NCBI GenBank assembly: GCA_964016885.1
Contig: OZ024757.1
Location: forward strand, 9,796,001-9,860,000
Source of the DNA: Eledone cirrhosa
Taxonomy: Eukaryota
Direction of reading: 5' to 3'
DNA: 64,000 nt
Part shown: piece by piece, positions 49,669 through 61,479 of the stretch
How positions within the stretch are numbered: position 1 is the stretch's first letter
Layout: each line of letters starts with the position of its first letter
Made by a program: the position numbers and the translations under genes
Notes under the pieces: model-generated
What the model was told of the DNA's origin: nothing
Seen by the model: the letters and a program-made list of their open reading frames with translations, nothing else
Databases searched by the model: none

Positions 49669-51294
49669 ATGGACTCTCCCAAACCGACTTTCACTGACGT
49701 CACCACCACCACCACAACTGAAACTAAAATTAATAATAACAAAAATAACGATAGCAACAACAACAAGAATGACATTAAAAAAACCACCCTGAGTTTTGCC
49801 AGAGTAGCAAAACAGTTCGAATTTTTTACGGTAACTCAGGAGGATTTAGAAAATGCCAAACAAATGGTAAAGAAAGATGGGTACAGGGTCAACCTCACCC
49901 CCACCTAATAAAATGGAGCATCGGCGCCTATGCACCGTGTCGTATCGAACAATAAATGTAAAATCGCGCCGAGTGGAACGGGCATCCGAGTCCCAAATCC
50001 AAAAAGCTTTAGGACATGTGTGGGCAAGAAAAACCCACATCAGACGTGGGCAGAAGTAGGGTACCGTGGACGTGTTCTTTGAAACACTAGAGGAGGCTAG
50101 AGAACACTCCATGGCCCCATTAAGAAGTGACGACTTCACACTCGTCCCAAGCTATTGTGGCCAGAGACTCGTAAAGATCAGGGTGACCCACGTTCCAGAT
50201 AATAGCAATAGCAAAAGAAAAGCAGGAGAACTGGTCCGGATCTGGGATGGAGCTCCTGATCCAAGCGGACCAAAAAAGCATTGAGGAGATCCCAGAGGTA
50301 ATAGACCTCACTGACGGCAGCCACCTCACAGTAATTGTCGAGGGCAGAAGGCCTAGGTGTGTCGTTTGTGGTGAAGGAACCCACCTAAGGGCTTTCTGCC
50401 CTCAGGCTAAAAGGTTGAGGCCACATCTCCTACCCACCCCTGTGACACAACCATCAACACCACCAGTAGCAGAGATGGCAGCAACAACTGTAGCAGCAAC
50501 AACAGAAGCAACTATAACAGCAACAACCCCAGCAACAGTAGCAAAACCAACACCACCACCACCAGCAAAACCAACACCACCACCACCCAACGCTTCAGAA
50601 CTAGCACCAGCGCCTACACCATCCACCACGCCACAACCAAAACTAACGCCTGTGGAGGATTTTCCACTCCCCGGCCTATCACAACTGGAGACAGATTGTG
50701 ACGACGAGGAGTGGGAAACGGTATCAGGAAAAAAAAAGAAACCAAAAAAGAAAAAATTCTCTTCCTTCCCCCTCCAAAAATAAAATACAGAGGGAAACAA
50801 ATAAATTAACAAACAAAAATGTTAGGACAGATATGCCACCATCCACACCAGCATCACCAACCCCATCAACCCAAACACCAACACCATCACCATCATTAAC
50901 CCCAACACCACCATCACCTACACCACAAAAGTCACCAAAATGTGAAACAGAAACAAACCCACAACAAACGCAAACAAAACAAAACAACCAAAACGATACA
51001 CACTACACAGCATTAAATTTGAACAACAAGCAATTATTACACTACATCCAACACAACACCAGCATCACAGAAAAAGACTACACAACAACCCCAAAATTCA
51101 CACCACCTCCACACATACAAATCACTCGCATCACACAGAAAACGTACATGACACTAAAACAAAAATTCCCCAAAGACATCGGAGACTTCCGACAAGCACT
51201 CTCCAGGAGGATTTATAAGGACATCCTTCCTGAGGAGGCCACAAGCAGTGAAAAGGATGGAAAAACCGTCCTTCCCCTACGAGAAGTAAGGTAA
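49669..51294 (+). pseudogene. Tx1 ORF1 (gag-like, CVVCGEGTHLRAFC zinc knuckle), disrupted
   Basis: Fragments 49669-49908, 49877-50059, 50066-50284, 50247-50783 and 50698-51294, homologous to ORF 55233-56504. Confidence 0.75.
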
Positions 51295-51328
51295 GTGGTC
51301 TTTCCCATCTTTTCCACTCCTATTCAAC

Positions 51329-54300
51329 ATGACCTCACTCAGAATAGGCAGCATAAATGCGCGTGGCTTGGGGTCGTCATGGAAGCAGGGCCACCTGCTC
51401 AAAGAACTCAGGTCACTAAACATAGATGTAGTGGCCATCAGCGAGACCAGAATCTCCGAAGCACGGGCCTTCGCACCGATCTTCGGCGGCTACGATGTGT
51501 ACGCATCTCCCAGCCGTCCGGGATCGGGGGGAGGAGTTGCTGTGCTTTTTCGGAGAGGTTTGGATCTTGCCATACGGGCCATCTTCCTGGACCCAGAAGG
51601 TAAGTTGGTGGTGCTGGACGTGACCAGCGGAGAAGGGCAAGCTTTCAGGTTAGTGGCCGTCTATGCCCCGACAGGAGCAGGGAGGCCTGATTTCTTCCGG
51701 CGTCTGGAGACCTTTCTTGGAACGTCCCGCTCTTTAGTGTTAGTGGGCGACTGGAACGGGATCTTAGATGCACGCTGGGATTGTGTGGGATTAGTGGATA
51801 GGGAAGGAGGGTGCAAGAGTCTCACCAACCTGCTCAGGCGTTTTCAACTGTCTGACAGGTACCGAATGGATTTCCCGAATGTACCAATGTGGACTTGGAC
51901 AAATCGCATAGGGTCATCCATATCAGATCTAGATAGAGTATTTTGTAGGGAAATAGATAGGTCTAGCATAGGCTGTCCACAATTCAAGATAGTCAGCTAC
52001 ACGGACCACAAATTCGTGATCTGTGTGCTTGACTTAGATAGGCTTCATAGACGAGGACCCGGCTACTGGAAGCTAAACGCGTCCTTACCAGCGCGCAAGG
52101 CCTACAGAGACCGGATTAGCGAACTAGTTAAGCGGGCGTTGATGGGGGCCATCGTCAACAACAAGTGGTGGTTTGCTCTGAAAAGAGCAATTAGAATAGA
52201 GTCCATTAGGTTTAGTAAGGCTTTAGCAATAGAGAAAAATAGAGCAGAGGGAGAATTAGTTAGAAAATTAGACGAGGCGCTTAGCAAAGGCATCGCGCCC
52301 GACGTACTTGCGGCGAAATTGGCCATTGACCAATTCTTCAATGCAAAGCACGATGGCTGCGTTGTCAGAGCTAGGGTGCGTGCTCTCAGACACGAGGGGA
52401 CGAAAGCCGTTCGATGGGCCCGCGTGGCGGAGGCGCTTCGTGGCAATAAAGCCACGATCCGGTCTTTGGTGGACCACGACGGGCGCATGCTACTCGATCC
52501 CGGGCAAATGTGTGAAGCTTTTCAGCGACACTTCGCTCAACTGTTCGGGGGCAGTGGCGGGCCGGATCGAGGGATGGACTTTAGTGTCTACCTCGACGGA
52601 CTGCCGCGGCTTTCGGCCACTGAGGCGGAGTGTTGCGAAAAGCCGATAACAACCGCTGAAGTACGGGAGACAATGACTGGCTGCACAAGGGGTAAATCGC
52701 CTGGTTTAGATGGTCTGCCCTATGAACTTTACGTACAAATGCCAGACTGGTTCGGAGGCCTCTTGGCGGACGTCTACTGCAACTGGCAACAGAACGGGAG
52801 AATTCCCAGCTCTGTGAGCCGAGGAGCGGTGGCGCTGCTGAGAAAGGATCCGAACAAGGGGTATAATATAGATAATTTTAGGCCCATAACTCTGCTAAAC
52901 ACAGAGAACAAGATTTTGGCCAAGGTGCTAGCAAAGAGGTTGGCGCTTGTCGTTGGTGGTCGGTGGAAGAGGCACAGACATGCGCCATTCCCGACAGATC
53001 CATCCACGACAATCTCCACCTCATGCGATACATCGTAGAGAGGGTAGCTAGGTATCCTGGCACGGGTGGCTCTTTGATCAATTTAGATCAGTTGAAAGCC
53101 TTCGATAGGGTCGACCATCGTTACCTAGCGGCAGTCCTGAGGGCGGCTGGCTTTGGGCCCGTCTTCAGAGGCTGGATCGCTGCCATGCACAGCGACATCT
53201 GCTCTGTAGTGAGAGTGAACGGTCACCTTTCGGACCCGTTCAACATCATGCGCTCGGTCCGTCAAGGATGTCCCCTCTCGTCCCTATTGTACGTATTGAC
53301 TCTCGAGCCATTACTGCACAAACTGGAGACGTTGAGGGGGGTCCCGCGCGAACTAGGATGCGGAAGATCCGTGTCAGAATATGCGGACGATGTCACCGTA
53401 GTGGTGTCGAACGCCAAACACATCGAGGCGATCGGCACTACACTAAGAGAATACGAAGCGGTGACAGGAGCAATGATCAACCAGGAAAAGTGAGTGGGCC
53501 TGCAGCTCGGCACCTGGAGAGGCAGGTCCATGCCGTCCAACAGCGTCGTCGGGAGCTGGACGGACGGACCGGTAAATTGCTAGGGGTCTGGTTCGGTCCA
53601 GATCTCCAGACGGACAAAAACTGGGACGAGGTGACGAGCAGGGTGGCTTCTCTCATCCAGAAATGGGCCGTGAGGAAGCTATCCCTGAAAGGTCGAGCGG
53701 AGGTGGCTAACGCGTACATCGCGTCCGTCATCTACTACCGCCTGACCGTCGTACCTTGTCCTAAGCCCCGCCTGACTGCGCTGGAGCGTTTGCTCTTTCG
53801 CTTCTTGTGGAAGGGACGCGCTCCGATGGTCAGGCGGTCCATCTGCTGTCAACACCCGCTACATGGAGGGCTGGGCATGCCGTGGCTGATGATGCGCAGA
53901 CACGCGCTCAGGCTACGACATCTCCACCTCTTCCTCGACGGTGATCAGGTGTGGTCGCCGTTTGCTAGACACGTTTTTCCCCAGCTCGTCTCCTTGACGG
54001 AGCTGCAGTCCTGGGTCAAGCGAAGACCGAGAGGGAGCGCTTGGAGACTGGAACGTCTTCAGGCGCTCACAGCTTTCGACCAATCGGGCAATGTGATCGG
54101 TGGAAACTCCACCTTGGCGTTCTATAGTGGATTAGTGGAGGGTAAGAGCGACGACGTACTTGGAGAAACTCTAGGCGTCGACGAAAATCAACTAGCCAAT
54201 CTCTTCGGAAGGACTTTCGGGCCGGGGCCTATGGACAACTTCCAGAAATCCCTGGTCTGGCAGTGCTACCGGGGTGCTTTGCCAGTTCGGGATAAACTCT

Positions 54301-54746
54301 ACAGGCATGGAGGTGCCGTCAGCCGGGAATGCTCGAGATGCGCACAGGGCGACGAAACCGTCCTGCACGCACTCGTCCAGTGTCCGAGCATTGCTGACTT
54401 GTGGGTTTATGTCGAACACCTGCTGTCACGTGTAGGACGGATCCAGCTATCAGCTGAGTCCATCGTGAGGATTGCCCCGCCCCCTTCCTTTAGCCGGGAA
54501 GGGCAGGCAGTTTTTATCTGTCTGGTGGCCATGGCGAAAGAGATAGTATGGTGGACACGTTTGAAAGGGCTGAAGACGAGCACTTACCTCTTCGGTGATG
54601 CCCTGATTAACTTTTTCAAATTTCATTTGAAAAGGAAAATCAGGGTAGAGAGGGAAGTGCACTCTTCCCAGCATTTTGTTGAAAGATGGGTGAGAGAAGC
54701 AAGTATGGCCCGAATGAATGGGCCTTCTCTGAGTATGTGTCTGTAA
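51329..54746 (+). pseudogene. Tx1 ORF2 (APE endonuclease, RT, C-terminal zinc finger), frameshifted
   Basis: SINARGL, SET, VYAP, GDWN, TDHK, WKLN, SPGLDGLP, KAFDRV, VRQGCPLS, YADD, GGLG and CSRC...ETVLHALVQC. Frameshifts near 52960 and 53550. Confidence 0.9.
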
Positions 54747-55232
54747 ATTAAAGGTGGAAAACTGAGAGAGGGCACTTGCCCTGGTGGTCAGGATCATTGT
54801 GGTTTTTTAATGGGCTTTCTCGACAAATATCCCTCGGAAGTCTCCCCCCTATTGGGGAATTTTTCTTTGTTATTTTATTACATCCTCTGTTTTTTACACG
54901 CAGAAATGCCAATTTGTACCGTCATGTATTGTCCTGTACTGTCCTTAATGTCTACTTTATGTAAACCCTTGTGGTTAATAAAGAAAACATTATTATTATT
55001 ATTATTTGGCCGCACATGTGTGAAGACAGACAAGTCTGCGGGGGAAAAGGTTCGTAGCTTTAAGCTGTTTTAAAGTGTCATTTTTTTGTATTTTCTTGTC
55101 ATTAACGAAACTTAAGGTACACATCTTGATTTAAAGAGAGGGATTCCTCTCAATATTCGGGCTTTAAGCCCGAATATTCAGATCTATTTTTAAAATCTTC
55201 GAAAAAAATCGCTTCCCCACCAAAAGAAAATT

Positions 55233-56504
55233 ATGGAAATTTTCGACCTTGAAACGGTAAACAACGTTCAGGTCAAAAGTTTAAAGGCAGCCACTGCAGA
55301 TTTCACCACGACTACGACGGCTACAGTCATGCCTGTCATCCACTCTACTGAATGTGAAGGCAAAACTAAAAAGCTACCATCACAACCTTCTGGCATAGCA
55401 GCAGTATCATCTGAAAACGACATCACCACCACCGCCACCACCACCACCACCACCACCACAACAACAACAACTCAGAGCAATAACGACAAAAACACCGACA
55501 GCTTCAATGTAAACAAGGATGGCGGTGGCAACAGCAAGAATGACAAAAACAACAATAAGAGCATCAGAAACACCACATTTGCTGCAGCAGCAGCAGCAAA
55601 GACAAAGCGCTTATTGAATATCGATATTGATATTAGCGATAAAGACGAACAGTTGGCCAAAGCGTGGAGGCTAATTAAACGGGAGAAGTCCTGGGCAAAC
55701 CTGACCATCCCGGACGAGGCAATAGCGGCCATACAAAGGAGGACGGTGCTCTTTCGATGTATTTCGGTGCAGACACGAAAAGTGGAACTTGCAAGCCAAG
55801 CAGAGGTAGAGGCTGCTTTGGAGTACATCGGAAGTAACATAGAGTACAAAGCAAGAGGCAAACAGTACGGTACCATCTCGGTACTGTTCAAATCCGAGGC
55901 CCTCGCTATTAAGCACTCGGTGATCCCCTGCAGAACGGAACGCATTATCATGCATCCGTCCTATATGGGTAAAAGGACAGTGAAGGTACGCATTCCCAGC
56001 ATCCCACCAGGAATGAACATATGGTGGCTGCTGGGATGCGTAATCGAGGAGGGGACAGACACCACCCTCCTGGACAACAAAAGGACAGAGAGAGAAGACT
56101 GGTCCGGAATGGATTTGGAGATTCTTCTCCAAATGAAACCGGAGGATATAAATAACATCCCAGATTTTGCCCGCCTGCAGGACGGGACAACAATCCAACT
56201 AATGATTGACGGAAGAAGGCCACGCTGCTTCGTTTGCGGGGAAGCCACGCATCTTCAAGCCTTCTGCCCTCAGCGCAAAAATGCAGGGGGTCGCAAACCT
56301 CCTTTGTTGCCAACGCCAGTGTCAGCACGGAAAGCTGCACCACCACCACCACCAAAAACAACATCAACAAAAACACGGACACCAACATCAAAAGCAGCCG
56401 GATCACCACCAACACCAAAACCAATCCAAGGAGAAAACGAGGAAAGCTCTCCCACTCCCCCTACCCCCCCCCCCCCAACTATATACATAGACAAAACAAA
56501 ATAA
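55233..56504 (+). CDS. Tx1 ORF1 (gag-like nucleic-acid-binding protein with CCHC knuckle)
   Basis: 423-aa open frame with CFVCGEATHLQAFC. The true C-terminus probably extends to ~57224 through frameshifts in the poly-C/poly-A tracts. Confidence 0.78.
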   Translation: MEIFDLETVNNVQVKSLKAATADFTTTTTATVMPVIHSTECEGKTKKLPSQPSGIAAVSSENDITTTATTTTTTTTTTTTQSNNDKNTDSFNVNKDGGGNSKNDKNNNKSIRNTTFAAAAAAKTKRLLNIDIDISDKDEQLAKAWRLIKREKSWANLTIPDEAIAAIQRRTVLFRCISVQTRKVELASQAEVEAALEYIGSNIEYKARGKQYGTISVLFKSEALAIKHSVIPCRTERIIMHPSYMGKRTVKVRIPSIPPGMNIWWLLGCVIEEGTDTTLLDNKRTEREDWSGMDLEILLQMKPEDINNIPDFARLQDGTTIQLMIDGRRPRCFVCGEATHLQAFCPQRKNAGGRKPPLLPTPVSARKAAPPPPPKTTSTKTRTPTSKAAGSPPTPKPIQGENEESSPTPPTPPPPTIYIDKTK

Positions 56505-57233
56505 ACGCACACACAGACAAGACACAGAGACACTCACAGACACATACCCTTTGTCTTCCAGCAGCGAGGATGAAGGAAAACCCAAAAGTGCAAAAAAACA
56601 GAGAAAACTCACAAAAAAAAGCCCCAACAAAACACAAAAACACACACAACAAAAAATACAGACACCACAAACGCAGACAATTCCCCAATAACATCAGCAC
56701 CATCAGCAACATCGACACCACCTCCAAAATCCCCGAAACGCAAACAACCTAAACAAACACAAGTACAAATAAACACACAAATACCTGAAATTGCAGACAC
56801 CACACCTACAACAAACATAGACATACCTCAAACAACACCACCAAAACCATCGCCACCACCTTCACCAAAACGAAAACAAATAAAACCACACCAACAAAAT
56901 GTTAAAAACTTCGTGCTTGTCAGAAGGGCCAACGATAAACTGATGGCCCTCTTAGCGCGAAGCGAGGACATTCAAACAGAGGGGGAGATTTTTGAAATGA
57001 GCACATTATGCGTGCCAGAAGATTTGCTTCTGGTCCGAATGTCACTCAATTCCTTCAAAGAAATTCGAGAGAGCTTTCCTCAAGACGTGGGAATCCCGAA
57101 TGTGAAACCCACATCAAGGCTTTTAAAGGGGTTCCCAAAAGAAACCCCACCAACCATGGAGGTCGAACCACGCGACCTTCACAAGACCCGGGAGGTAAGT
57201 AAACCTTCCCTCTCTCTCTCTTAGCTTACCAAT

Positions 57234-60200
57234 ATGGCCATATTAAGAGTAGGAAGTTTAAATATTCGCGGCCTGGGGTCACCCTGGAAGCAGGGTCGCC
57301 TGCTCAACGACCTCCGGTCGCTGGAAATGGATGTGATTGCCGTAAGCGAGACCAGAATTTCCAACACGCGTGCACTAGCCCCCATTTTCGACGACTATCA
57401 GATCTTCGCATCTGTTAGCAGGCCGGGAATGGCAGTGCTGTTTAGGAAAGGACTGGATCTCGAGGTAAGGTCGATCTTCCGGGACCCGGACGGTAAGTTG
57501 GTGGTCTTGGATGTGAGCAGTAGCGAAGGTGGTGCCTTTAGACTGCTGGCCGTCTACGCCAGTACAGGGGCCGGACGACCTGATTTCTTTAGGCGCCTGG
57601 AGACCTTTCTGGGTACGTCTCGTCCTTTACTGTTAGCGGGGGACTGGAATGGCATCTTAGACGCACGCTGGGATTGTGTGGGAGTAGCCGATAGGAGCGG
57701 GGGGTGCAAAAGCCTCAAGCACCTACTCAGCCAGTTCCAACTGTCTGACAGGTATCGACTAGATTTCCCCAATGTGCCAGTATGGACATGGACCAACCGA
57801 ATGGGGTCATCTAGATCGTATATAGACAGAATCTTCATTAGGAAAATAGATAGAAATAGTGTGGGCTGTCCACTTTTTAAAACGGTCGCCTATTCAGATC
57901 ACAAATTTGTGATCTGTACGGTCGACCTAAATAAAACGCGGAGGTTAGGACCGGGTTACTGAAAGCTGAACATGTCATTTCCGGCACGTAAGGCTTACAG
58001 GGACCGAGTCAATAAGTTAGTTAAGCAAAAGTTGACAGGGGGGATCATCAACAACAGATGGTGGGGGGCTCTCAAAAGAGAGATTAGAGTAACTTCGATA
58101 GAGTTCAGCAAAGAACTAGCGTTAGAGAAAAATAGAAAGTAGGGGGAGCTGGTAGATAAGTTAGACGAGGCTATTTGTAGTGGCATCGCAACTGACGTGC
58201 TAGCGGCGAGAATGGCATTAGACCATTTCTTCAATGCCAAACACGAAGGTTGCATTGTCAGAGCTAAGGCGCGTGCGCTGAGAAACGAGGGAACTAGAGC
58301 TGTTCGATGGGCCCGCGTGGCGGAGGCGCAGCGTGGTAATAAAACCACAATTCGGTCTTTGGCGGACCGAGACGGACACGAGATAAGCGATTCCAAGCGG
58401 ATGTGTGAGGCCTTTTGCCAGCACTTTGCTCGGTTGTTCGGGGAGAGTGGCGAGTCAGAGAGAGTAGCGGATTTCAGTCCCTACCTTGACGGCTTGCCGC
58501 GCATCTCGACGGTCGACGCTGAGCGCTGCGAAAGGCCGATTACTTCAGCCGAAATTCAGGATGCCCTTGTCGGCTGCATGAGGCGCAAGTCACCCGATTT
58601 GGATGGCCTGCCCTACGAGCTTTACGTAAATATGCCAGACTTGTTCTCCGAACTCCTCGAAGCACTCTACTGTAACTGGCAGCAGAATGGGAGTATTCCC
58701 AGTTCTGTGAGCAGGGGAGTGGTGACGCTGATAAGGAAAGACGAGAACAAGAGGGATACATTAGACAACTTCAGGCCCATAACTCTGCTCAACACAGAGT
58801 TTAAGATTTTGGCCAAGGTTTTTAGCAAAGAGATTGGCGCTTGTCCTCGAGGATTTGGTTGGGGAGGCGCAAACTTGCGCAATCCCAGCCAGGTCCATAC
58901 ACGACAATCTCCACCTCATGCGATACATCATAGAGAGGGTAGGGTGTAAACCTGGCTTCGGTGGGGCACTGATCCATTTAGATCAATCGAAAGCATTCGA
59001 TAGGGTCGACCATCGGTATCTGGAGTTTGTCCTCAAAGCAGCTGGCTTCGGCCCTGTCTTTAGAAGCTGGATCGTTGCAATGCACAGCGGCACACGCTCG
59101 GTGGTCAAGGTTAATGGCCACCTCTCGGAACCATTTCGGCTCTCCCGATCGGTCCGTCAAGGGTGCCCTCTCTCTTCCCTTCTGTACTCGAGCCTTTACT
59201 GCGGAAGCTGGAGCTGTTGCAGGGCATCCCGCTCGAACGGAGACGTGGAAAGGCGGTGTCGGCTTATGCGGACGACTTCACCGTGATGGTGTCGAACACC
59301 TCAGAAATCGAGGTGGTCGGCACCTTATTGAAGGAATATGAAAGGTTGACAGGAGCCAAACTTAACTCGGAAAAGTCGGTGGGCTTGCAGCTCGGAACCT
59401 GGAAAGGCAAGCCCATGCCGTCCAACAGCGTCGTGGGGCGCTGGACGGACGGACCAGTAAAGTTGCTCGGGGTTTGGTTCGGACCAGACCTCCAGGTGGA
59501 AAAGAATTGGGACGAGGTAACGAGCAGAGTAGCCAGTCTCACCCAAAAATGGGCTGGGAGGAAGCTATCACTGAAAGGTCGCGCGGAGGTGGCGAATGCG
59601 TACATCGCGTCCGTCATCTATTACCGCCTAACCGTCGTGCCTTGCCCACGTCCGCGCCTCGTCAAGTTGGAACGGCTCCTCTTCAAATTCTTGTGGAGGG
59701 GACAAGTTCCGTTGGTGAGGCGGTCCATCTGCTGCCAGCACCCTCTACGCGGAGGGCTGGGCATGCCGTGGCTAATGATGCGCAGACATGCGTTGAGGCT
59801 GCGACATCTCCAGATATTCTGCCTCAATGGTGAACAGGTGTGGTCGCCGTTTATCAGACGGGCCTTTCCGCAGCTCATTTCTTTGACTGAGCTGCAGTCC
59901 TGGGTCAAGAAGAGACCGAGACTGGGTGACTGGCACCTGGAATGTTGCCAGGCACTCACTGCCCTCTACCAAGCGGGCAATGCGATCAGTGGAACTTCCA
60001 CTCTCGAGTTCTATAGAGGATTAGTGGTGGGCAAGTGCGTTGACGCACTCGGAGAAGCTTTGGGCCTCGACGAAGTCGAACTGACCAGTCTGTACCGGAG
60101 GACTTTTGAGCCGGGGACGATGGACAATTTCCAGAAATCCCTCGCTTGGCAGTGCTACCGGGGGGCACTGCCGGTTCGGGATAAACTCTACAGGCACGGA

Positions 60201-60635
60201 AGTGCTGTCAGACGGACCTGCCCAAGATGCGCACAGAACGACGAAACCGTTCTGCACGCACTTGTCCAATGTCCGTGCATTACTGACTTGTGGAGTTATG
60301 TCGAACAGCTACTGTCGCGTGTGTAACGAATCCGGTTATCGGCCGAGTCCATAGTGAAGATCGAGCCGCCACCTTCCTTAGGTCAGGAAGAGCAGGACAT
60401 TTTCCTCTGTCTGGTGGCAGTTGCGAAAGAGATTATATGGTGGACCAGGTTGAAAGGACTAAAGACAGACACTTTTCTCTTCGGCCAATCCCTCATCAAC
60501 TTCTTCAAGTTTCACCTGGAAAGGAGGGTGAGGGTGGAGAGAGAAGTGCTGCCCCCCAGTACATTTGCTAAAAGGTGGGTGAATGTGGCGAGAATGGCTC
60601 GTGTGAATGGGCCTACTCTGACCATGCGCCTATAG
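57234..60635 (+). pseudogene. Tx1 ORF2 (APE-RT-zf), disrupted
   Basis: Colinear with 51329-54746. Stops at 57960, 58140 and 60324, and frameshifts near 58820 and 59185. Confidence 0.9.
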
Positions 60636-60910
60636 GCTGGCTAACTTGAGGAGAGGGGTGCTCTCCTGGGTGCCCTAGAAGCGCAGGGTGGTTCAGGATT
60701 GGTGGGGTACCCGAATCACCCCAGGGTCGTCCACCCCCTATCGGGGAATTTATTTTGTTATATTTTGCATAGTTTATTTTATATTTTTATATTTTCATTG
60801 TTGAATTAGTCTTGCCATTGTGCACTTTTACTCGACCTAATTGTAAACCCCCACTGTCCCTGTCTTTGTATTGTCCCCTACATGTTGGCCCTTGTGGCTA
60901 ATAAATGAAA

Positions 60911-60942
<32 letters not shown>

Positions 60943-60944
60943 TT

Positions 60945-61185
60945 TGTTGTTATTCCTTGAATCTCAGTCATTGATGTTGGTTAACTGGAAAGTCCGTTGG
61001 ATTGAATATCAAGCCACTACCTGCAGCCTCAGATATTCAGGACGTATCGGAGGGTTCTTGCTGTTCCAAGCAAGCATGCCTTTTGAAGCGTTCCAAAAAG
61101 CGTGAAGGGGCCGATTTTCTTTAACCATCCCTGGAAACTTTTGGAGATAGTCCCCAGTGCGCCTATGACAATCGGGATCACTTTG

Positions 61186-61224
<39 letters not shown>

Positions 61225-61414
61225 TGAGTCTCAGTCATTGATGTTAGTTAACTGGAAAGTTTGTTGAAATGAATATCAAGCCACTACCAGCAGCCTCAGA
61301 TATTCAGGACGTATCGGAGGGTACTTGCTGTTCCCAGCAAGCATGCCTTTTGAAGTGTACCAAAAAGCGGGGCGGGGCCAATTTTCTTTAACCATCTCTG
61401 GAAACTTTTTGAGA

Positions 61415-61479
<65 letters not shown>

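Larger units (their letters stand above)
49167..55006 (+). mobile_element. Tx1-clade (L1 superfamily) LINE, full length, copy 1
   Basis: Starts directly after (TTA)n. ORF1 has a CCHC knuckle, ORF2 is APE-RT-zf, and the 3' end is CCCTTGTGGTTAATAAAGAAAAC(ATT)n. Confidence 0.9.
55008..60940 (+). mobile_element. Tx1-clade LINE, full length, copy 2 (different subfamily), tandem to copy 1
   Basis: Begins in the (TTA)n tail of copy 1, has ORF1 and ORF2, and ends GGCCCTTGTGGCTAATAAATGAAATC(ATT)n. Confidence 0.9.
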
